Source: Methanofastidiosum sp. (lineage in GTDB: Archaea; Methanobacteriota_B; Thermococci; Methanofastidiosales; Methanofastidiosaceae). From it: 64,000 bases of DNA. The stretch is from contig JAHKLW010000019.1 in NCBI GenBank assembly GCA_020854815.1, forward strand, positions 10,571 to 74,570. Direction: 5' to 3'. Below are positions 9,655-17,404 of this stretch, in pieces (within the stretch, counting starts at the first letter, position 1; each line of letters opens with the position of its first letter). A program made the translations under genes and the position numbers. The notes under the pieces are model-generated. The model was given only the letters and a program-made list of their open reading frames with translations, had not been told where the DNA came from and made no database searches.

Positions 9655-10397
9655 CATATCCCCTCCAATACTCTTTTGCACAATTGAATATAATCATAGG
9701 CTCCTCTTGAGTTCAAAGAATGTTCAAATATAGTCTTTCCAAGAGCGAAACTTTCAGATAATTTAGTATCAATTCGGATATATGGGCTTATTATGCCCTT
9801 AAAATGGTCCATCCCATCAAAGAATTCAAGATATTCTTTAGTTCTTTTTACCCTTTCATCTACAAATGTTGGAACAATAAGGTCTATTTTCAGATCTTTT
9901 TGGAAGTCTTCTCTTAAATCATAAATAAGTTTGTCAACTTTGAAAAGACCTTTTACTGAAAGATATTCCATTGAGACTGGCACAAGTAGCTTTTTACAAA
10001 AATTTAGTGCATTTTCGTTAAGTATTCCGAGTCCTGTTTGACAGTCTATGAGTGCAAAGTCATAGTTAATTCCTTCTAGGCGCTTCTTTAAAGCATTCTC
10101 TCTATTTCTCCAACCTACCATTTCTAGGGCAACTTGAGATATTGTTTCGTCTGATGCCAATAAATCCAAGTTCTTTCTAGCACCCACAATACATTCCTCA
10201 AAAGGTGCTTCGTCTTTTAGTAGATGATAAATGCTTTTAGTAAATTTAACTCCCAAACATTCTGCATCGTTACCTTGATCATCTATATCTATAATGAGTA
10301 CCTTTTTTCCAGTGAGCGCAAGCGCATGCCCTAGGTTTATAGTCGTGGTAGTTTTTCCAGTTCCACCTTTTTGATTGTATATGGCAATAGTTTCCAA
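9654..10397 (-). CDS. parA: ParA/ParF-type partition ATPase
   Basis: Deviant Walker A 'KGGTGKTTTTINLG' and 'IIDIDDQGN'. The likely start is the TTG at 10397, 4 nt after AGGTGA, giving '(M)ETIAIYNQKGG'. The track's ATG at 10433 adds 12 non-conserved residues. Confidence 0.8.
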   Translation of the reverse strand: METIAIYNQKGGTGKTTTTINLGHALALTGKKVLIIDIDDQGNDAECLGVKFTKSIYHLLKDEAPFEECIVGARKNLDLLASDETISQVALEMVGWRNRENALKKRLEGINYDFALIDCQTGLGILNENALNFCKKLLVPVSMEYLSVKGLFKVDKLIYDLREDFQKDLKIDLIVPTFVDERVKRTKEYLEFFDGMDHFKGIISPYIRIDTKLSESFALGKTIFEHSLNSRGAYDYIQLCKRVLEGI

Positions 10398-10435
10398 GAT
10401 ATCACCTATATTAATAAATATTATATAACACATAT

Positions 10436-10470
10436 TAGTTATTAATTGATATGTATTATATAATAACTAA
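10436..10470. repeat. Two TTAGTTATTA(A) motif copies in inverted orientation upstream of parA
   Basis: TTAGTTATTAA at 10436-10446 and its reverse complement at 10461-10470. Confidence 0.35.
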
Positions 10471-10637
10471 TAACATTATTTATAAGTGTTTTGGCCCTAA
10501 AAATGCATGTTTTTAACTGTTTAGAGTGGGCTAGTTAACGAAGAAACAACATTTAGACCAAGTATATAAATGAAGTGTAAAATATCTTCTATATGTAATA
10601 ATTAATAAATAATAAATATTAGCTAATAGCTATTAAT

Positions 10638-10931
10638 CTATTCAATTAGATTCCCATCTGGGTCTATTAGAATACCTTTTTTCTCAAGATTCTTTCTTAA
10701 TCTCCAAAAAGAAGTAGTTGAAATGCGTTTTTTTGCTTCTTTGAGAAATTTTTCAGCGTTTTTAGGGCTAATAAAGTGTCTTTTAACGAATTCTGTTTCT
10801 ACAAGCATTATCCTATTTTTTCTTCCGCCGCTACCTTTAGATTCTATTAATTTTATTTCACGTTCAATAGCTCTTATCAGTTCTTCTCTGGAAATACCAT
10901 ATTTTTTTGATAACTGGGTTTCTATATCCAA
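10638..10931 (-). CDS. Small basic putative DNA-binding protein
   Basis: 97 aa and Lys/Arg-rich, with a helical 'GISREELIRAIEREI' segment. No confident family assignment. Confidence 0.3.
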   Translation of the reverse strand: MDIETQLSKKYGISREELIRAIEREIKLIESKGSGGRKNRIMLVETEFVKRHFISPKNAEKFLKEAKKRISTTSFWRLRKNLEKKGILIDPDGNLIE

Positions 10932-11117
10932 TAATAAGCCTCCTGCATTTCAAAATTCTGTATTTTGAAATAGAAGAAGTTAATCTATTAATAAGTGTTA
11001 GCTTTTAGGGTTCTTATGCAAATTCGAGGCTTTTGCCGTTTTTGCAATAAAATTTCTTCTGGTTATGCATTTCGAGGTCTGGAATGTATTTTCTAAAAAT
11101 TTGATTAAAATAGGAGA

Positions 11118-11438
11118 GTGATAAATATGGAAAATGTAGAAAAAACAGATAAAAATATAAATAAAAAAGAAAATTCAAAAAGAAACGAAGATAAAGAAAA
11201 TGGAGATAATATGGTAAGAAAAAAAGCAATATCTCGACCGTTTAGAAGTTCTTTGGACATAGCCCCAGTGTTAATAGCTTTTGTAGCAGGTGCTATGTTT
11301 TTGACGGGATTTCTTTTTTCGATAGTTTACATATCAAAAGGAATATCGTCCATCATTGAATTTTTATCAAGTTTTGGTATGGTTATATTAGCCATTGCAC
11401 TTTTGGGGATAGCAATACTTTCGTTCATACGAAGATAG
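11118..11438 (+). CDS. Small membrane protein (inside IS element)
   Basis: Charged N-terminus followed by 2 TM helices. Confidence 0.35.
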   Translation: MINMENVEKTDKNINKKENSKRNEDKENGDNMVRKKAISRPFRSSLDIAPVLIAFVAGAMFLTGFLFSIVYISKGISSIIEFLSSFGMVILAIALLGIAILSFIRR

Positions 11439-11446
11439 GGATATTA

Positions 11447-11737
11447 ATGGATATTAATGACTTATTAAAAATACTTTTAGAAGAGTCAAAGATTAAAGTA
11501 TTTTTAGGAGTATTAATATTCATATTTTCACTTACAATTTATTCAAATTTTTACAAAAATGATTTAATGAGATTAACAGAAATAAATAGGTCTAATACTA
11601 TCGAAATGATTTTTCAAATGTTTATTATTGGGGCGATTCCTACTTTTTTGATAATTTTGATACTTACTAGTGGGTTATATTTACTTTATTATCTTGTAAC
11701 AAAACATCCAGAGGATAGATGGAGACCTACTCAATAG
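11447..11737 (+). CDS. Small membrane protein (inside IS element)
   Basis: 2-3 TM helices; no family recognised. Confidence 0.35.
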   Translation: MDINDLLKILLEESKIKVFLGVLIFIFSLTIYSNFYKNDLMRLTEINRSNTIEMIFQMFIIGAIPTFLIILILTSGLYLLYYLVTKHPEDRWRPTQ

Positions 11738-11921
11738 AAAATAAAAAATAAAAGTTACTGCTTTCTTACAACAATAACTTTCTCACCGTTCACAAACTCA
11801 ACATCCCAAGACAATGTGTCGCCGTTTTTTAGTTCCATCAACTGGCTTATTGCCGTTGGGATTATTGTCTTTAGGGAGTTGTACCCACTTTTTACATAAG
11901 ATACCTTGCTTGTTACCTTAC

Positions 11922-13088
11922 TCATCTTTTCACCTTAACACTCTGTTTGATAAGACCTTCCCACTTGTTGCCTTCCAAGCCCAGTTCAATGCCTGCCATC
12001 TGTGCGGGTGTCTTGCCATTCAAAGCTTGGTGTGGTCTTATGAAGTTGTAATACGCCTTGAAGCCGTCAACAAAGTCCTTTGAAGGCTCGACCTTCTTCA
12101 ATCCTCTCTGCACTTTGTTCCTCTGCCTCATCGAACCGTGAAGCCTTTCTATCTTGTTGTTGTTCCGTTCCTTGTTTGTGATTGCTATTTCCCTGATGTG
12201 CGTTGTGTTCCTCCCGTCGCCTTTTCGGTGTGTCTGGAACTCTTTTCTTACCGCTTCTTGGTAGGCATTAAGGCCGTCAGAAACTAAAATGGTTGGCGTA
12301 ATTCCAGTCACTTGCTTTGCCTCTTTCATCGGCAGTCTTGCGGTATCGACATCCCTTGTCTTACCTTCCGAAATCATGGACGAAATAAGAAAGCGTGTAT
12401 CCGTGTCCATCAAGTTCCAGAGCCAGTTCCATTCACCGTTACACTTCAAGGCCATCTCGTCTATCGCCCACATGCCGGACACGTCGGGAGTAAGTGTCCT
12501 TGTATAGTCTGAAATCAAGGATAGGTATTTTCTTATCCATCGTGATACTGTGGACTGATTGACGGTCACGTTGTAGAACTGTGCCAAGTGCTGTGCTATG
12601 TCGTTCTGTGACACGCCTTTGAAGTACAAATCAAGAGAGAGGACTATTACCCTCTGGTCGCTTGTGTTGTACTTGAACCCGTCATCAATAGAGAATCGCT
12701 TGTTACAGTCCTTGCACTGGTACATCTGCTTCATGTTGTTCTTATTCTTTCTAAATCCTTTCTTTGATAGATTGGTAGAGTTGCAGTTCGGGCATTTTGT
12801 TTTTGTGTCCTTTTTTGGTGTGAATATTCTTGCCTTTGCTTCATCTTCAATCCTGTTTTTCAACTTCATCCAGAATTTCACGGCGTTGATATGCTTGCAC
12901 TCTGCATGCCTATAGAAGTGGTCGGGACAATTGCATGTCCAGACTTTGTAGCCGTGCCTTACCAAATAATACCCTTTTCCACTTTGCGAGTGGATTTTAA
13001 ACTTGTCGTGACTGACCTCGATTGGTTCGTCACCCTTGGCTATGATTGCATAGCCCCTAATCATTCTACTGTTTGTGGTTAATACCAT
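11922..13088 (-). CDS. DDE transposase, IS6-family-like with N-terminal SWIM/zinc-ribbon extension
   Basis: Catalytic triad context 'WAIDEM', 'ILVSDGLNAY', and 'NNNKIERLHGSMRQR', an IS26-like E-x6-R signature. N-terminal 'CNCPDHFYRHAECKH' and 'CPNC...CKDC' zinc fingers. This block is about 47% GC against about 32% around it. Confidence 0.7.
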   Translation of the reverse strand: MVLTTNSRMIRGYAIIAKGDEPIEVSHDKFKIHSQSGKGYYLVRHGYKVWTCNCPDHFYRHAECKHINAVKFWMKLKNRIEDEAKARIFTPKKDTKTKCPNCNSTNLSKKGFRKNKNNMKQMYQCKDCNKRFSIDDGFKYNTSDQRVIVLSLDLYFKGVSQNDIAQHLAQFYNVTVNQSTVSRWIRKYLSLISDYTRTLTPDVSGMWAIDEMALKCNGEWNWLWNLMDTDTRFLISSMISEGKTRDVDTARLPMKEAKQVTGITPTILVSDGLNAYQEAVRKEFQTHRKGDGRNTTHIREIAITNKERNNNKIERLHGSMRQRNKVQRGLKKVEPSKDFVDGFKAYYNFIRPHQALNGKTPAQMAGIELGLEGNKWEGLIKQSVKVKR

Positions 13089-13178
13089 TTCATCGCCATA
13101 AACTTGTAGGCTTTTCTAGTATTTAAGCTTTACGGTAGGAATTACTACCTAAAATATAAGATAAAAGGAGGTTGTTGT

Positions 13179-13337
13179 ATGAGAAAAATAATTGGGATTC
13201 TAAACAAACAAGTAAATATAGGGCATGAAAGACATATGAAATTATGGGAAGTGTTATTTTTTATACTCACATTTTTTTGGGGAGTTATTCTTGTTGAGAT
13301 TATTGACTTCATCGTTGTTACTTTTTTGTTGGATTAG
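13179..13337 (+). CDS. Possible 52-aa membrane peptide with strong SD
   Basis: AAGGAGG at 13165-13171 sits 7 nt before the ATG. It is hydrophobic, and it overlaps the 3' end of the 13254..13811 ORF convergently. Confidence 0.25.
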   Translation: MRKIIGILNKQVNIGHERHMKLWEVLFFILTFFWGVILVEIIDFIVVTFLLD

Positions 13338-13811
13338 AGCCAATACAGTTAGTATGAATATTATTATCGCTATGGTAAGTACATAATAAAAAAATCTTAT
13401 TGCCTCTTTTGTTTTGTCAATAACATCAGTATAATTGGATATGCCTCCAACTATAATCGCGGAACTTGAACGCGTACAAACATTGAAAATACAAATAGAG
13501 AATGCTATTAATACAACATACATAAATTTGCTTAGTCTATACCTTTCTTCTTTATATAAATAGATTAATGCTATTAAAATAAATCCAAGTATTGTAAGGC
13601 TAGATTGAATCATTACAGAATTAAGCAACACTAACTTATCAATCAACAAATTATTAATGGATACGTTCTCATTTTGTTCGATGGGAATGATATTTAGAAC
13701 ACTATCTAAATCTGGTAAAACATATAAATTCATAATCACTAAAGCAAATATAATAAATCCAAGATCTAACCAATTATCTTCAATAAAATTTTTGACCTTT
13801 TCAAAACACAT
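13254..13811 (-). CDS. Integral membrane protein (inside IS element)
   Basis: 185 aa with about 5 TM helices; no family recognised. Confidence 0.4.
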   Translation of the reverse strand: MCFEKVKNFIEDNWLDLGFIIFALVIMNLYVLPDLDSVLNIIPIEQNENVSINNLLIDKLVLLNSVMIQSSLTILGFILIALIYLYKEERYRLSKFMYVVLIAFSICIFNVCTRSSSAIIVGGISNYTDVIDKTKEAIRFFYYVLTIAIIIFILTVLALIQQKSNNDEVNNLNKNNSPKKCEYKK

Positions 13812-13907
13812 ACATCATTTTTTTATCAACTACTTTATATTTTAACCCTACATTCTTTGCGAAAGTTTCAAATTATTTCAATTAATCTTATTAAGAAGCA
13901 AATTAAT

Positions 13908-13951
13908 CTATAATAGTCCGCTGAAAGTGGTTAAGGACATTTCATCGCCAT
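13908..13951 (-). pseudogene. Remnant of transposase 5' end
   Basis: The sequence ATGGCGATGAAATGtccTTAACCAC matches the 5' region ATGGCGATGAAATGgtaTTAACCAC of the intact transposase at 13078-13102. The reading frame ends after 10 codons. Confidence 0.6.
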
Positions 13952-14125
13952 GATTGTTCTTGCTACCAGCATAGGACTTTTTGCAATAAATTTACAACGA
14001 GACCTCGACTTGCATAAGGGATTTTAGTAAAAGTCTAGGTCACGAATTTGCATAAGAACCGCTTTTAGAGTATTAGGCTATAAATTAGTAATAAAATCTT
14101 TTATATATAAATTTATATATTATAA

Positions 14126-14740
14126 ATGTCAATCTTAATATCTGGTGTTCATTTGAAGATACAGGTATACGGATATATTGAAGGAAATGGAGTAAAACTA
14201 GTTGTTAAACCTGCGACTAAACTATTACCTGAAATGTTCAAAGAATATTTGAGAGATATGAAGAAATTTTTCTTTGTATATAACAGAAATATTGATGCCA
14301 ATGAAGTTACTATAAAGAATCCAAAACAGCTTGTAGCTCTATTAAACTATTTTGATAAAAATTATAGGGTTTCCGGAGAATTAGAAGGTACAAAATTATA
14401 CTCTTGGGAAGACATGGGGCTTTTTTTGAATGAGACTATAGATGTTCTAAAAATGAAATCTTTAGAAAGAAAGAATCATAAAATCATTGTTTATTGTTCT
14501 AGGATTGATACTCAATTTATGGTTAAAATATATGGTGAGAAATTGCCAGAATGGATGAGAACTTATGACAAAATAGACAGGGATAAAGTTGTAGAAGACT
14601 TACTTAATGAATCCAATATTAAATTCATCAAAGAAACTGTGGGAGATAAAAGGATATATTATATTGATGAAATCCCTGAAAAACTAGAAGAATGGTTGTC
14701 ACTTAAGGATAAGTTTATAGAGAAATATTCTGCATTATAA
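14126..14740 (+). CDS. Hypothetical protein
   Basis: 204 aa and soluble; family unknown. A 4-nt gap separates it from the next gene. Confidence 0.35.
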   Translation: MSILISGVHLKIQVYGYIEGNGVKLVVKPATKLLPEMFKEYLRDMKKFFFVYNRNIDANEVTIKNPKQLVALLNYFDKNYRVSGELEGTKLYSWEDMGLFLNETIDVLKMKSLERKNHKIIVYCSRIDTQFMVKIYGEKLPEWMRTYDKIDRDKVVEDLLNESNIKFIKETVGDKRIYYIDEIPEKLEEWLSLKDKFIEKYSAL

Positions 14741-14744
14741 AATA

Positions 14745-15185
14745 ATGCAAAAAGGAATCTATTCATTGATTTTAATACTTGAAAATGACCAATATATTGA
14801 AATAGGAAAACTAGGGAATTTTTTATTCAAGAAAGGTTATTATGTATATAACGGTAGCGCTCTTGGTGGATTTGGCAGGGTAAGATACCATCTAAATAAA
14901 AATAAACTTAAAAGGTGGCATATAGACTATCTTCTAGATAAGGCCAAAATAATTAAAATTATCACTTGTGAAATTAATAAAAATCTTGAGCATGATGTCT
15001 CAAAAGGCATGTCTGATAAAAAAGACGCAGAAATTTTGGTACCTGGATTTGGATCATCAGACTGCAGTAAAGGTTGTGCTTCACATTTAATTTATTTCAA
15101 AGAGATGCAACAAATAGATGAAATATATGAAAAATTGGGCCTAAATTTTTTTATCTTTGAAGAAGCTGATTTTAAGAACATATAG
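14745..15185 (+). CDS. GIY-YIG nuclease-superfamily protein (DUF123-like)
   Basis: 'KGIYSLIL...GKLGNF...KGYYVYNGSALGG' fits a GIY...YIG-type motif spacing. Confidence 0.45.
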   Translation: MQKGIYSLILILENDQYIEIGKLGNFLFKKGYYVYNGSALGGFGRVRYHLNKNKLKRWHIDYLLDKAKIIKIITCEINKNLEHDVSKGMSDKKDAEILVPGFGSSDCSKGCASHLIYFKEMQQIDEIYEKLGLNFFIFEEADFKNI

Positions 15186-15743
15186 AGTTTCAAAATCTAA
15201 CTTTAACTTATTTATTATATTATATCCAAAATTATTGTTTTGTAGGTAATTGGTAGTATTTTCCAAAGGATAAAGGGAAGATTGTAATAAGTAAGCAGTT
15301 CCATTGGTCGATAAAAAATAGCCTAAATCTTTTAAGAATAGACGTATGTGTTTCCCTCCATCGATACCTCCGTGATAGGATAAATCAATTAATTTTTGTG
15401 GAGGCAATTCAACTGGTAAATAAGGTGGATTAAAGACAATTAAGTCAAATAAAGCCCCAGGCCTAATTGAAGAAAAAATATTTGAGTAAAAAAGATGAAT
15501 ATTATTTATTGAATTGGCCATGGCATTTATTTTTGATTGAGATAAAGAAAACGGATTCACATCACAACCGAATACTGTATCTATTTCCTTTGCAAGATGC
15601 ATAGAAATAATCCCACTTCCGATACCTATTTCAAGAGCATTTATAGAATTTTTAGGATCAATCGACTCTATCAGTAGATAAGAATCCTCACTTGGAGGAT
15701 ATACTCTTTCATCATGGGTTATTATAAAATCATATATATCCAT
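15141..15743 (-). CDS. N5-glutamine methyltransferase (HemK/Mtq2 family)
   Basis: 'EIGIGSGIISMHLA' SAM motif I and 'VFNPPYLP' (NPPY), about 200 aa. This is the size of archaeal Mtq2. Confidence 0.7.
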   Translation of the reverse strand: MDIYDFIITHDERVYPPSEDSYLLIESIDPKNSINALEIGIGSGIISMHLAKEIDTVFGCDVNPFSLSQSKINAMANSINNIHLFYSNIFSSIRPGALFDLIVFNPPYLPVELPPQKLIDLSYHGGIDGGKHIRLFLKDLGYFLSTNGTAYLLQSSLYPLENTTNYLQNNNFGYNIINKLKLDFETLYVLKISFFKDKKI

Positions 15744-15843
15744 CTTATCACTTAAGACACCATAAAAATTAAATAAAATTATAAATGTAACTGAATATCA
15801 GAGTAACAGTAGACATAATTATAGATATCTAGGGGCCAATAAA

Positions 15844-16491
15844 ATGGTAAGTTTCAAAATGAACTTAATTAATGATGTTTTTTCTAAGGATTATATTAAC
15901 GATTATAATCATCAAATTAAGCATGTAAAAGATTCAGTTTTGACACTTGAAGAGGCGATAAAACTTCTAGAAAAAGAATGTATTTCTGAAATGGATGACA
16001 AATGCAAAATAGTAATGGAGCTAGAAAATGAAGCCAAATTCTATGAAGATAAACTAAAAAAAAGCTTTGAAAAGGGTCGATTACTAGGTCCGAACGGATC
16101 GAAATATGCTGAAATATCTAAAATTATGGGAAGTATTGGTGCAAAGGCCAGATCAGCCTCAGACTTATTGATTAATTTGAAAAATGATAAACTAACTAAA
16201 GATATTATTAGAGATTTAGTAAAGTTAGTAGAAACTGATGAGAGTATCACAAGGGAGATATATCTTACGATGAAAAAAGTAGAAGATATTGACGAAGAGA
16301 AAATTAATAGATTTTCTAAGAAAATAATAAAGAAGAAAATGGAAGTTGACGAGATATCTAGATTACTATTAAATAATTATACTAAACAAGCAGAAAAAGA
16401 AAATTTATCCGAGTCATTCAAGGACTTAATTATTATATTGAAAGATATCCCTGAAGATATAGAAAATGTAGCTTTAATACTTAATAGATAA
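15844..16491 (+). CDS. Hypothetical all-helical protein
   Basis: 215 aa, charged and coiled-coil-like. It lies immediately upstream of the ABC-2 transporter genes. Confidence 0.3.
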   Translation: MVSFKMNLINDVFSKDYINDYNHQIKHVKDSVLTLEEAIKLLEKECISEMDDKCKIVMELENEAKFYEDKLKKSFEKGRLLGPNGSKYAEISKIMGSIGAKARSASDLLINLKNDKLTKDIIRDLVKLVETDESITREIYLTMKKVEDIDEEKINRFSKKIIKKKMEVDEISRLLLNNYTKQAEKENLSESFKDLIIILKDIPEDIENVALILNR

Positions 16492-16504
16492 TCCAGGTAA
16501 TAAA

Positions 16505-17404
16505 ATGAAAGTGATAGAAATAGACAATGTTACGAAAAAATACAATGACAGAATAGCCGTGAATAATTTCTCTTTTATTGCTGAAAGTGGCAAAATTTAT
16601 GGATTTTTAGGTCCAAATGGAGCGGGGAAGACAACTACAATAAGAATGATAATGGGAATAATAGCTCCAGATTCGGGTAGTATCCAAGTATTTGGAAAAA
16701 AATTATCCGAAGAAAGTAAAGAAAGAATTGGGTATATACCTGAAGAGAGAGGTCTTTATAAGAAATATAAAGTTTCAGATCTTTTGCTTTATTTTGGGAG
16801 ACTTAAAGGTTTAAATTCAGAGGATGCTAGAAAAAACACGTTGCTATGGCTTGATAAAGTTGGCCTTAAAGATAGGGCCAATAGTAAAATAGAAGAACTT
16901 TCTAAAGGAATGCAACAAAACATTCAGCTTATTGTATCTCTGATAAATAATCCGGATCTAGTAATATTAGATGAACCTTTTGTAGGACTTGATCCGATCA
17001 ATACAAGGAATATGAAGGAAATTATTTATTCTTTGAAAGAATCAGGCAAAACAATAATTTTTTCTACTCACCAAATGAATGAAGCTGAGAGACTTTGCGA
17101 TCACATATTACTAATCAATAAAGGGACAAAGATAATAGACGAGCCTATAGAGGAAGTAAAAAAGAAATATTCAAAGAATTTTATTTCGGTTGAGTTTAGA
17201 AATAGGTTAGTAAATCTAGACGACATAGATATAATTCAAAATGTTTATTATGAAGGGAATAAAGCTGAGATAGAACTAAGAAAAAATACTAATTATAATG
17301 ATCTTTTGGAAGTCTTGATACACAAGGGAGATATAACTAAGTATGAAATCTCTGAATCTTCACTTGAGAGCATCTTTGTTGAGGTAGTGACAAATGGGAT
17401 CTAA
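16505..17404 (+). CDS. ABC transporter ATP-binding protein (ABC-2 type)
   Basis: Walker A 'GPNGAGKTTT', signature 'LSKGMQQ', Walker B 'ILDEP'. Confidence 0.9.
   Translation: MKVIEIDNVTKKYNDRIAVNNFSFIAESGKIYGFLGPNGAGKTTTIRMIMGIIAPDSGSIQVFGKKLSEESKERIGYIPEERGLYKKYKVSDLLLYFGRLKGLNSEDARKNTLLWLDKVGLKDRANSKIEELSKGMQQNIQLIVSLINNPDLVILDEPFVGLDPINTRNMKEIIYSLKESGKTIIFSTHQMNEAERLCDHILLINKGTKIIDEPIEEVKKKYSKNFISVEFRNRLVNLDDIDIIQNVYYEGNKAEIELRKNTNYNDLLEVLIHKGDITKYEISESSLESIFVEVVTNGI

Larger units (their letters stand above)
11009..14060. mobile_element. IS6-like transposable element with passenger genes
   Basis: 18-bp perfect terminal inverted repeats, GGTTCTTATGCAAATTCG at 11009-11026 and its reverse complement at 14043-14060. 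These are flanked by an 8-bp direct repeat GCTTTTAG at 11001-11008 and 14061-14068. A DDE transposase gene lies inside. Confidence 0.75.

Noticed and set aside
9655-9681. Long 28-nt parA/RHH overlap implied by the track start at 9681
   Set aside because: An internal Met pair gives a canonical TGATG stop/start overlap, so the shorter RHH ORF is more plausible.
11738-13150. Separate terminal inverted repeats bounding only the GC-rich transposase block
   Set aside because: Comparing 11741-11830 with the reverse complement of 13085-13150 gave only a weak ACCGT-centred similarity. Nothing convincing.
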